Shown here piece after piece: positions 1 to 7,916 of a DNA stretch of 32,646 nucleotides. Each line of letters starts with the position of its first letter. Position 1 is the first letter of the stretch. The stretch is from NCBI GenBank assembly GCA_002731195.1, contig PCAI01000018.1:1-32646 (forward strand), given 5' to 3'. The notes below the pieces were generated by a model, which saw only the letters and a list, made by a program, of their open reading frames with translations, searched no databases and was not told the origin of the DNA. This DNA is from Methanobacteriota archaeon. GTDB lineage: Archaea > Thermoplasmatota > Poseidoniia > Poseidoniales > Thalassarchaeaceae. The translations under genes and the position numbers were made by a program.

Positions 1-222
1 CATTTCATATGTCCCTTCTCCTAAGAATTGTTGCACTTCTTGTGGTATTAATTCCCAAGTGTTGGTGCCATTATCATAAATGGATAGAGACACAAAATCT
101 GTACCTCCAGAATTCCCTCCTTCTTCATGGTCAGCATTTACAGGCATTAAAATAGGAGATAATGCGGAAATTAGCATTATCATTGTTATCGTTAAACTGC
201 GGGTCAAACGTACGTCGTACAT
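1..222 (-). CDS. hypothetical secreted protein, N-terminal fragment (gene continues past the left window edge)
   Basis: Absent from the ORF track because it runs off the window. A reverse-strand ATG at 222-220 opens a stop-free frame to position 1 (74 codons): MYDVRLTRSLTITMIMLISALSPILMPVNA/DHEEGGNSGG... This shows a charged n-region, a hydrophobic core and a VNA-D cleavage-like site. GGTG lies about 10 nt upstream of the ATG. It supersedes the + strand ORF 80..268. Confidence 0.5.
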   Translation of the reverse strand, partial: MYDVRLTRSLTITMIMLISALSPILMPVNADHEEGGNSGGTDFVSLSIYDNGTNTWELIPQEVQQFLGEGTYEM

Positions 223-299
223 ATCTTTTCGGCACCATGAGGACTATATAGGTCTATTTCCGTACTAAGTATCTCATAAAACACCTATTTTTAGCAAAT

Positions 300-1376
300 T
301 TATTTGTTCCACAATGTTACATTGTCCTTTCCAAGATTAATAATTTTATATTCCTTAAGCCCATTTTCTGATAAATAATTAGAGTCAAACTTTTCTCCAG
401 ATTCACCTTCCAATTCTATATTGGAAACACATAGTTGTGCCTTATCAACTAACCCTGATTCAAGAAAACGAACCCATGTATCCTTTCCTCCTTCAACAAG
501 TAGTGATTGTATTTTCCTATCTCCTAACATGTCTAATATTTTAGAAACTTCAATTTCCTTATTCTCTGAAATAACTACCCTTTCAACATGACCTTTATCT
601 TCTTTCGAATCAAAATATTTATTCTGAATTAAAATTGTTCGTGCTTTTCCATTTTCCATGAGTTTACAATTAGAAGGTATTCTATTATTTGGATCAACGA
701 CTACTCTTATCGGAGCTTCTCTTGGTCCAAGTTCAGGGCCTCTAACGGTCAACTCTGGATCATCTCTTATGACCGTATTAACTCCAACTAATATTGCCAT
801 TGAATCAGCTCTCAATTCATGTACTAATTTTAGTGATTCATCAGAACTGAAACGTTTAGCAGGTTTATCTTTAGCCCCATCAATCCTCCCATTAATATCA
901 GTAGCTGCTTTTAGTGTAACTAACGGTCTACGATTTCTACACCAATGCATAAAAGATTCCATTTGTTCTTCACATAATTCTTCTAAAACACCATTCTTTA
1001 CTTTAAAATCCTCTTTTTGTAGCATTTCAAGCCCCCCTCCTCTTACTGTCGGATTTGGATCCAATGCTCCAATTACTACTTTTTTTATTCCTGCCCATAG
1101 TAAAGCCTCAGTACAGGGAGGTGTTCTTCCAAAATGATTACAAGGTTCTAATGTAATATATGCTGTAGCGCCCTGTAGAGAAATTCCCTTATCTTCAGCA
1201 TCTGCAATAGCCATTTGTTCTGCATGCAATCCACCTATATGGTCATGCCAACCTTTTGCAATAATTTCTCCCTCTTTCACTATTACACACCCAACTAGAG
1301 GATTGGGCATTACCCTCCATCTTCCTTTTTGAGCTATTTCCAGAGCTTGTAGCATGTAATTTTCATCTTCTTCCAT
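300..1376 (-). CDS. ribD: bifunctional riboflavin biosynthesis protein RibD (pyrimidine deaminase / uracil reductase)
   Basis: 358 aa. The N-terminal half has the CMP/dCMP-type zinc deaminase motifs HAEQMAI and TLEPCNHFGRTPPC. The C-terminal half is reductase-like (LKAATDINGRIDG ... LLVEGG). The deaminase-reductase order matches bacterial RibD. Confidence 0.9.
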   Translation of the reverse strand: MEEDENYMLQALEIAQKGRWRVMPNPLVGCVIVKEGEIIAKGWHDHIGGLHAEQMAIADAEDKGISLQGATAYITLEPCNHFGRTPPCTEALLWAGIKKVVIGALDPNPTVRGGGLEMLQKEDFKVKNGVLEELCEEQMESFMHWCRNRRPLVTLKAATDINGRIDGAKDKPAKRFSSDESLKLVHELRADSMAILVGVNTVIRDDPELTVRGPELGPREAPIRVVVDPNNRIPSNCKLMENGKARTILIQNKYFDSKEDKGHVERVVISENKEIEVSKILDMLGDRKIQSLLVEGGKDTWVRFLESGLVDKAQLCVSNIELEGESGEKFDSNYLSENGLKEYKIINLGKDNVTLWNK

Positions 1377-1389
1377 ACTCGCTCAATGT

Positions 1390-2511
1390 ATGCGAAACAA
1401 TACTCATTCATCATATCTCGTATTCATAGCATTCAATACTAAATTCTCTTCTGAGACCAATGTGAGCCGCATAGCGTGTATACTAAATCCAAAGGCTCGA
1501 GACGGTTTATCTGTCAAGCAGTGGACTCTTTTTGAAAAATCATTACAGAAAGCAGGTTATGAAATAGATTTACATCACACCGAGCATATCGGTCACGGTA
1601 TGCAGATAGCAGCCAACCTTCGTGAATCTGATTATGAAATGATTGTGGCAGTAGGCGGTGATGGAACAGTACATGAAGTTGCATCCGGTTTAAGGGGCTC
1701 AGATAAGATATTAGGAATTCTACCCATTGGTAGTGGTAATGATTATGCCAGAGCTCATGGAATACCAATTCCAAAAGGTAGAAAATTTTCTGATATGCAA
1801 AAAGCCGTAGATATACTCTCACATGGTGTTGATAGGAAAGTTGGCGCATTCAGAGTTGAAGGGCCACCTGCTCCCGAACATCCACTAATTCCTGCACCAA
1901 TGGCACATGAATGTAATGGTGAGCCAAATAAATCTGGTAATTTAGTTCGATGGAGTTTTCTTGAATGCGATAGTGGAGTTACATCAGCAGTAAATAGAAT
2001 GAAAACAGAAGGTAAATTTAGAAGAATACGTGGCCAATTGAAGTATAAATTTTTAGGAATTAGAGCAATAATTGGTTGGAAAACGCAGCGAGGATGGATT
2101 AAGGTTGATGATGAACCAGGAGAGATTGTAGATTTATCCGGCCTCTTTTGCATGAGTCAATGCCAGACATTTGGTGGCGGTTTCTTAATCGCGCCCGGAG
2201 CATTACCTACGCAGAAACATGGTTCGCTAGTTTTAGCATGGGGATTATCAAAAATACAAATGCTACTTGTGATGGGGCCATTAGAAAAGGGCAAACACAT
2301 TGGAATGTGGAATAAAATTTCTATGAAATCTGCAAAAAAAATGGAGTTAAAATCCGTAGATTCAAATGGCAAACCATCCGAAAAATCCCACCATCCTGAT
2401 TTATTTGTCAATGTAGATGGAGAAGCTGTAATGATCACTCCTATTCAATTAGAATATTTTGAAAATCAGTTAATAGTAAGGGGAGCTTCTAATATCCCTA
2501 ATCAAAATTAA
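1390..2511 (+). CDS. diacylglycerol-kinase-family lipid kinase (YegS/BmrU-like)
   Basis: DAGK catalytic-domain motifs VAVGGDGTVHEV and LPIGSGNDYAR. The ATG at 1390 is only 13 nt from the divergent ribD start. An in-frame GTG at 1462 (VSRIACILNPKA...) gives a more typical N-terminus, so the start is uncertain. Confidence 0.8.
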   Translation: MRNNTHSSYLVFIAFNTKFSSETNVSRIACILNPKARDGLSVKQWTLFEKSLQKAGYEIDLHHTEHIGHGMQIAANLRESDYEMIVAVGGDGTVHEVASGLRGSDKILGILPIGSGNDYARAHGIPIPKGRKFSDMQKAVDILSHGVDRKVGAFRVEGPPAPEHPLIPAPMAHECNGEPNKSGNLVRWSFLECDSGVTSAVNRMKTEGKFRRIRGQLKYKFLGIRAIIGWKTQRGWIKVDDEPGEIVDLSGLFCMSQCQTFGGGFLIAPGALPTQKHGSLVLAWGLSKIQMLLVMGPLEKGKHIGMWNKISMKSAKKMELKSVDSNGKPSEKSHHPDLFVNVDGEAVMITPIQLEYFENQLIVRGASNIPNQN

Positions 2512-2597
2512 TGGCGCCGAGAGAGGGATTTGAACCCCCGCGTCCAATGGACAGTGGATTTCAAATCCACCGCAATACCGGGCTATGCGATCTCGGC
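2512..2597 (-). tRNA. tRNA-Ser(UGA): tRNA-Ser (anticodon UGA), class II, CCA encoded
   Basis: The reverse complement folds by hand. Acceptor GCCGAGA/TCTCGGC, 3-bp D stem GCA/TGC, anticodon stem GTGGA/TCCAC with loop TTTGAAA (UGA). Long variable arm GTCC-ATT-GGAC, T arm GGGGG-TTCAAAT-CCCTC, discriminator G, then CCA. The 3' end abuts the stop codon of the convergent kinase gene (2509-2511). Confidence 0.85.
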
Positions 2598-2637
2598 AGC
2601 ATGCCGCCGACTTAACCATTAGACATGAACCTATATG

Positions 2638-2982
2638 TTAGAGTTTGTAATATCCAGGTCTACACCAATCGGGTAAACCAATAGATGCTTCAGGATGTGT
2701 CAAGCCGATAAATAGAATCATTATAACTATGAAGAATGCCGGAAATAAGGCAGTCAGTGTCAATATTTTTGAATCTTTATCGCCCCATAGGTGCATAAAA
2801 ATAGCAGCAATCATTATGAATTTAGGTATTGCTATTCCTACAAGAATGAAAAGAGTCATACTTTCTGATAGATCTAAGCCAACCGCAGCAACCTCAATCG
2901 CAGTTAAAACAATCAGGCCAACGAAATTAGCCCAGTAAAGATCAAATTTTCCTAGTAGTAAATGGTCACTCATTTTTTTCAC
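2638..2982 (-). CDS. small 3-TM membrane protein, probable heme-copper oxidase subunit IV (CtaF/CyoD-like)
   Basis: 114 aa with three hydrophobic helices. The segment PKFIMIAAIFMHLWG resembles the conserved FxHL region of prokaryotic oxidase subunit IV. It starts 1 nt after the coxC stop and is the last gene of the cox operon. Confidence 0.55.
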   Translation of the reverse strand: MKKMSDHLLLGKFDLYWANFVGLIVLTAIEVAAVGLDLSESMTLFILVGIAIPKFIMIAAIFMHLWGDKDSKILTLTALFPAFFIVIMILFIGLTHPEASIGLPDWCRPGYYKL

Positions 2983-2983
2983 C

Positions 2984-4129
2984 TCAATATAGATAGAAGA
3001 ATGGGAACACTATTACCCATATCAAGTCAACAAAGTGCCAATAGAGTCCAAAATATTCTATTGATACTGCATTTTGTGGAGTATAGCCCCCAGTCCATGC
3101 TTTCCAAGTCATGTAAGTTAATCCAATAATTCCAATAAATACGTGAGCACCATGAGTTCCTGTGGTAACAAAGAATGTCGAAGAACTCACTCTAATATCT
3201 GCAAGCATTACTGCATTTGTTGGTTCATAATTGGGCCCTACAGCAGATAAATATGCTTCATAGTCTTCAGGATGTAGTGCAGCAAGCTCTGCTAGATGTA
3301 TGTCATCCCAACCATGGTGTGGATGATAGTGATCAGCATGAATGGTATATCCTTCATCTACTAATGACATAATATCATGCTCATGAATTGGTCCAATTTC
3401 AGGAATATAGAAACCTACAAACCATTCTACCATTTTCAAAGTAAGGAATATTACTGCTAGAACCCAAGTACTTCCTAAATATCTGTAAACACGTTTTCTA
3501 CGAACTTCTTCGTCTACACTTCCAATAGGTTTCTTAGCCCATCGGAGTGCCTGAACAATAGTAAATGATGATATAATCAATGCAAATGTATTGATTGCAC
3601 CCGGGGCTATATGAAACCATGATGAAGCAATCAATTCAGAAGCTGGTAAGAAACAGTTAACGGCTTCTCCAGTATCTACATTTTGTGAATTAACTATCCA
3701 AGATCCACTTTCATATACCTCCTGACAAGAATCAATTCCAAACCGGTATCTCATATATGTGCTGAATAATGATGTAAAAACCATCATTTCTGACATTAGG
3801 AAAACCCACATTGCAACCTTACGAATTTCTATATTTTGAAATGGTGTGCCGCTTGCTTTAGGTTCATAGATACCATCAAATGATGCATCCTGCCTCCACC
3901 ATATTAATAGTCCAAACAATATTATCATTAAGCCAATTAATACTAAAGGTATACTCGAAGAATCTACCATATTCCCCCACGAGTAAACAGATGCAACTGT
4001 ATACAAAAAGATACCAATACCGATTGACATTATTATCGGGGACCATGAATTATGTGGCGCACCATGACTCCAATCATGAGGCCCCCAAGCGCTTGGATGA
4101 TGCTCTCCATCATGATGGTCGCTACTCAA
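2984..4129 (-). CDS. coxC: heme-copper (cytochrome c) oxidase subunit III, expanded form
   Basis: Hallmark C-terminus TGTHGAHVFIG ... YFGLYWHFVDLIWVIVFPFFYLY. The called start is TTG at 4129-4127, overlapping the coxA TGA (TTGA on the reverse strand). The first internal Met is at residue 34, so translation of the His-rich N-terminus depends on the TTG start. Confidence 0.85.
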   Translation of the reverse strand: MSSDHHDGEHHPSAWGPHDWSHGAPHNSWSPIIMSIGIGIFLYTVASVYSWGNMVDSSSIPLVLIGLMIILFGLLIWWRQDASFDGIYEPKASGTPFQNIEIRKVAMWVFLMSEMMVFTSLFSTYMRYRFGIDSCQEVYESGSWIVNSQNVDTGEAVNCFLPASELIASSWFHIAPGAINTFALIISSFTIVQALRWAKKPIGSVDEEVRRKRVYRYLGSTWVLAVIFLTLKMVEWFVGFYIPEIGPIHEHDIMSLVDEGYTIHADHYHPHHGWDDIHLAELAALHPEDYEAYLSAVGPNYEPTNAVMLADIRVSSSTFFVTTGTHGAHVFIGIIGLTYMTWKAWTGGYTPQNAVSIEYFGLYWHFVDLIWVIVFPFFYLY

Positions 4130-6453
4130 TGTCCCGCCTCCTCTTCATTATCATCTAAAACCATTAATCCTTGGAACCATCTTACTATCGCACTTGGTTC
4201 ATTTGCAATATGTCCTTCATTCGCATCCCTGAGAGTAGGTAAATCATCTAGTGGGAAACTAGGTGTTGGTGGCGGTGACGATGTCATCCATTCAAATGAC
4301 CATCCGCCCCATGGATCTGCTGGTGCCTTTTGGCCACGTATAACAGATTTAATCATATTAGCAATTAGAATAAAGTTTGAGAAAAAGAATAAGAAAGCAC
4401 TAATTGATATGAACATATTCCATCCTGCTGCTTCTGCAGGCAAAGATCCCATTGCTTCTTCTGTTGAAATGAAATATGTATGATGTCTTCTAGCCATCCC
4501 CCATATTCCTAATCTATGCATAGGCCAAAATAACCCATTATAACTTATGAAAGCAGTTAGGAAATGTAAAACACCAAGCCTTTCATCTAACATTCTTCCA
4601 GTCATTTTTGGGAACCAGTAGTAGATTGCAGAAAAGAAACCAAACACTGTTCCTCCAACTAAAACATAGTGGAAATGTGCAACAACAAAGTAAGATTCAT
4701 GGAAATGTAAGTCCATTGCCATAGATGGGAAAAACATCCCTGAAATACCTCCTAATGTGAATGTAATTAAGAAACCTAGAGCCCAAAGAGTATGAGTCCT
4801 GTATATTAGAGAACCTTTATGCATAGTCTTTAACCAATTAAATATTTTAATTCCTGTGGGAACTGCTACAAGCATAGTTGTTAACATAGTAACGAATCTC
4901 AAAGTAGGGCTCATTCCTGAAGTAAACATGTGATGGCCATAAACAATAAAAGAAACCACACCAATTCCTGCCATGGCATAAACCATTGACCTGTAACCAA
5001 ATACTGTTCTTCTAGCACTTGTTGCTATGACTTCAGATATAACGCCGAAAGCTGGAACTATTACCACATATACCTCGGGATGCCCGAAGTACCAGAATAA
5101 ATGACTCCAAAGTAATGGATCTCCTCCTGACGCAGCATCATAGAATGCAGTACCAATTACTCTGTCCAAGTATACTTGGACTAATCCTACGCCAAATGCT
5201 GGTATCGACAGGAATAGCATAAGATTAGCTACAAGTATTGACCATGTAAACAAAGGCATTTGCATCCATCCCATTCCCGGTGCACGCATTACAGCAATTG
5301 TAGTCAGGAAATTAACTCCTGTCAAGGTTGAGGATGCAACTAGCATAATTTGCCCTGCAACCCACATAGTAGTACCTACATGCGCAGTTTCACTAACGAT
5401 GTAAGGGGCATAACCTGTCCATCCAGTATCTGCTCCAGTACCTGAGAAAACTCCCGTGAATATCAATAACGCAGCAACTGGTTGTAACCAAAAAGACATT
5501 GCATTTATTCTAGGTAATGCTAAATCAGGTGCACCTATTTGTAAGGGAACCATCCAATTTGCAAAACCATTTATTAGTGGCATGGCTGCTAAAAATATCA
5601 TAGTTGTACCATGTAATGTAAAGAATTGATTATATTGATCTTGAGTTAGGAAATCATTTCCTGGAACTGATAATTGTATTCTTATCATTAATGCCATGAT
5701 TCCCCCTATGCCAAGGAAGAACATACCTGCAAGGAAATAAAGAGTTCCAATCTTTTTATGATCAGTAGTAGTTAACCAATCTGCAATCCAAGGCTCAAAA
5801 CTTTCCCAGTTGAAAGAATCTGGATTGGTTCTATAAAAGATGTAAGTTATAGTAATTATTAGAAGTATACCAGAGATTATTATTAGTGTAGAAAGAACGA
5901 CATAAGGATTAGCTGATTCCAAAACTAATATTGGTGCATTTATCTTTTTTGTGATCTTATTCCATTCATCTCCGGAGGAACCAGCCCCATCTCCAGCATT
6001 GCCATTAACAGAATTAGTATGTAAAATCATTTCTACATTTCTATCTGTTGCAGGTGCAGTCCAAACAACTGTCCAACTTGTCTGATCATTTCCTACCTCA
6101 GTATGGCCTACTTCGTTTGGATTATATTGTTGAACAGTCGCATCTACAACTGACAATTCTCCTTCACTTGCCCATAGATGAAAACCGCCCAAGTTAATAT
6201 TTCCAGGGGTGCTTGGACCTCCAGTAAAAGAGACAGTTAATTCATATACTTCAGAGTAATTGTATACTTCTGGTAATCCAACTATCATTGGAGTTACTGA
6301 ATCACTAGTTGTTGCCCCATGACAATTACAACCCGAATCTTTGACACCTGAAATCCCAGTTGGAAATGAGCTAACAAGTGGCGTACACACCATTGCTGCA
6401 ATAAGAATAGTCATTACCACCAAACTTCGTGAGTGAATAAAATTCTTCATCAT
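4126..6453 (-). CDS. coxA: heme-copper oxidase subunit I with an extra N-terminal ectodomain and an extra TM helix
   Basis: Canonical subunit I motifs are present: TTTDHKKIGTLYF, LFWYFGHPEVYVVIVPAFG, VYGHHMFTSGM and VVAHFHYVLVGG. GAGGTG lies 7 nt upstream of the ATGATG start and overlaps the coxB stop. Residues 1-~210 are additional (see findings). Confidence 0.95.
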   Translation of the reverse strand: MMKNFIHSRSLVVMTILIAAMVCTPLVSSFPTGISGVKDSGCNCHGATTSDSVTPMIVGLPEVYNYSEVYELTVSFTGGPSTPGNINLGGFHLWASEGELSVVDATVQQYNPNEVGHTEVGNDQTSWTVVWTAPATDRNVEMILHTNSVNGNAGDGAGSSGDEWNKITKKINAPILVLESANPYVVLSTLIIISGILLIITITYIFYRTNPDSFNWESFEPWIADWLTTTDHKKIGTLYFLAGMFFLGIGGIMALMIRIQLSVPGNDFLTQDQYNQFFTLHGTTMIFLAAMPLINGFANWMVPLQIGAPDLALPRINAMSFWLQPVAALLIFTGVFSGTGADTGWTGYAPYIVSETAHVGTTMWVAGQIMLVASSTLTGVNFLTTIAVMRAPGMGWMQMPLFTWSILVANLMLFLSIPAFGVGLVQVYLDRVIGTAFYDAASGGDPLLWSHLFWYFGHPEVYVVIVPAFGVISEVIATSARRTVFGYRSMVYAMAGIGVVSFIVYGHHMFTSGMSPTLRFVTMLTTMLVAVPTGIKIFNWLKTMHKGSLIYRTHTLWALGFLITFTLGGISGMFFPSMAMDLHFHESYFVVAHFHYVLVGGTVFGFFSAIYYWFPKMTGRMLDERLGVLHFLTAFISYNGLFWPMHRLGIWGMARRHHTYFISTEEAMGSLPAEAAGWNMFISISAFLFFFSNFILIANMIKSVIRGQKAPADPWGGWSFEWMTSSPPPTPSFPLDDLPTLRDANEGHIANEPSAIVRWFQGLMVLDDNEEEAGH

Positions 6454-6464
6454 CTAAAAACACC

Positions 6465-7229
6465 TCAGTTATGTACAAAAAGTCCGGCTGACATAATTGA
6501 ATGAGCATCTCCACAATATTCTGTACACAGTATCATAGATTCTCCTACTTCATTCATAGGAAGCCAAAGTGTAGTTTTTTGACTTGGTAGAACATCTTCT
6601 TTTGTACCTATTGCTTGAATCCATGGGGCATGTGTCACATCTTCGGACTGCATGACTGCAAGATATGTCTCTCCTGCCTTTAGTGATAGTAGAGGTTGCA
6701 TTCCATAACCTTCTATTGCGATAGTACCTACATCACAAATGTCTGTTGCCAATTCATATCCTCTATCTGGCAACACATCTCCTCTCCAAGCATCTTCATT
6801 TGGATTGCAGTTAAAACTCCACACCCATTGCTTTCCTGTAATTTCAATTATATGGTAACATTCAGAAACAACAGCGCCACTATTTGAGTCTAGAAAATTG
6901 TTAGAACTCTGTCCTTCTTCACACTCATCACCATGCATTCCTCCGTCAGCAGATGTCCAAACTGCGTCAAGAGGAGCCCATGAAATATATGTCAAATATA
7001 CTATTAATATAAATGGTAATATTGTCCATGCTACTTCTAATTTCATATCATCATTATGCCGAGGAAAAACTCCAACCTCAATTTTATCTGGATTATCATA
7101 TTTTTCTCCTTCAGAAGAAACATACCAAAAAGAATGATGAAAAAGCCATCCAAAAGTCAATAATCCTACAAAAAGAGACCATAGTACATATTCATCAAAT
7201 AGATTCCAAAACAATGTGCTTGCAACCAC
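6465..7229 (-). CDS. coxB: heme-copper oxidase subunit II (CuA cupredoxin subunit)
   Basis: Two N-terminal TM helices. CuA ligand pattern VTHAPW ... CTEYCGDAHSIM (H, CxExCGxxHxxM). GTG start at 7229 with GAGGT 7 nt upstream. No CxxCH cytochrome c domain. Confidence 0.9.
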   Translation of the reverse strand: MVASTLFWNLFDEYVLWSLFVGLLTFGWLFHHSFWYVSSEGEKYDNPDKIEVGVFPRHNDDMKLEVAWTILPFILIVYLTYISWAPLDAVWTSADGGMHGDECEEGQSSNNFLDSNSGAVVSECYHIIEITGKQWVWSFNCNPNEDAWRGDVLPDRGYELATDICDVGTIAIEGYGMQPLLSLKAGETYLAVMQSEDVTHAPWIQAIGTKEDVLPSQKTTLWLPMNEVGESMILCTEYCGDAHSIMSAGLFVHN

Positions 7230-7276
7230 GACGCCTACCTCTATTATGAGGGGGCAGAAAGTTATTCATAAATACC
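7230..7276 (-). promoter_or_regulatory. putative cox operon promoter/leader (TATA-like box plus Shine-Dalgarno)
   Basis: The reverse strand reads GGTATTTATGAATAAC (7276-7261), which is TATA-like. GAGGT (7241-7237) sits 7 nt before the coxB GTG. This is a positional and compositional argument only. Confidence 0.3.
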
Positions 7277-7374
7277 GCGTAATGATATCTTGTTATGTTC
7301 ATAATATCTTCTTCTATTAATAAAAATTAATGATAGACATTAGTAGAATAACATATATTTTTTTTAATGTGTTA

Positions 7375-7827
7375 TTAATTCAAATAATCAGGTAATGAAT
7401 TTGGTAATTCTTTAACTGTATTTAGGACTAAGTGTGTAACAGATCTTTCAACCCCTTCTATTGATAAAACATTTTTTGATAAATCATCTAAATCTTTTCT
7501 ATTGGATGCTTTTGCAACAATCATTGAATCAAAATCTCCCGTTACATCATAAACAGCATACACTCGATTATCTTTAGCAATCTTTTCTTGAATTTCTATC
7601 AATCTCCCTTTTTGTATCCTCATACCTATCACTACTGTCAATTCCCATCCTATTTTATCGGCATCTAAAAGTACTGTATATCCTTTAATTATGCCATTTT
7701 TTTCTAGTTTTTTAACTCTATTACTTACTGCACCTAGTGAAACACCTATTTTCTCAGATATTTTTCTTAGTGAGGTTCTGGCATCATCACAAAGAACTTC
7801 AATTATCTTGCGGTCGGTTTCATCCAT
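7375..7827 (-). CDS. Lrp/AsnC family transcriptional regulator
   Basis: 150 aa. N-terminal HTH (DRKIIEVLCDDARTSLRKISEKIGVSLGAVSNRVKKLEKNGIIKGY) followed by a C-terminal RAM/AsnC_trans_reg-like alpha-beta domain of typical length. Confidence 0.9.
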   Translation of the reverse strand: MDETDRKIIEVLCDDARTSLRKISEKIGVSLGAVSNRVKKLEKNGIIKGYTVLLDADKIGWELTVVIGMRIQKGRLIEIQEKIAKDNRVYAVYDVTGDFDSMIVAKASNRKDLDDLSKNVLSIEGVERSVTHLVLNTVKELPNSLPDYLN

Positions 7828-7916
7828 GCTATCACACCTTTTGTAAAATTTTATTCTGCTAGGCTATTGAACATATGCCAAAAATTAATCATTTTAATCA
7901 TTCATTTGTTTATTAA

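Noticed and set aside
80-268. The + strand 62-aa ORF at the left edge.
   Set aside because: The opposite strand carries a better edge-truncated ORF with a clear signal peptide (1..222).
658-1137. Long antisense or alternative-frame ORFs from the track. Examples: 658..1137, 1514..1849, 1755..2153, 2157..2438, 2729..2938, 3880..4158, 4052..4483, 6696..7249 (set), 8909..9091, 9690..9923, 11107..11316, 12043..12369, 13197..13379, 13461..13751, 14256..15419 (set), 15629..15826, 16646..16927, 17707..17898, 18219..18461, 18970..19191, 19584..19943, 21005..21854 (set), 22926..23366, 23514..23774, 24536..24745, 25173..25961 (set), 28549..28749, 29360..29749, 30652..32103 (set).
   Set aside because: Each lies inside or opposite a CDS with strong family motifs. 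They have low-complexity, Ser/Leu/Ile-rich compositions typical of shadow ORFs in AT-rich DNA.
6319-6330. A possible c-type heme attachment site in the CoxA N-terminal ectodomain.
   Set aside because: The sequence is Cys-Asn-Cys-His (CxCH), not CxxCH, so it is not a canonical heme c motif. It may still be a metal ligand cluster.
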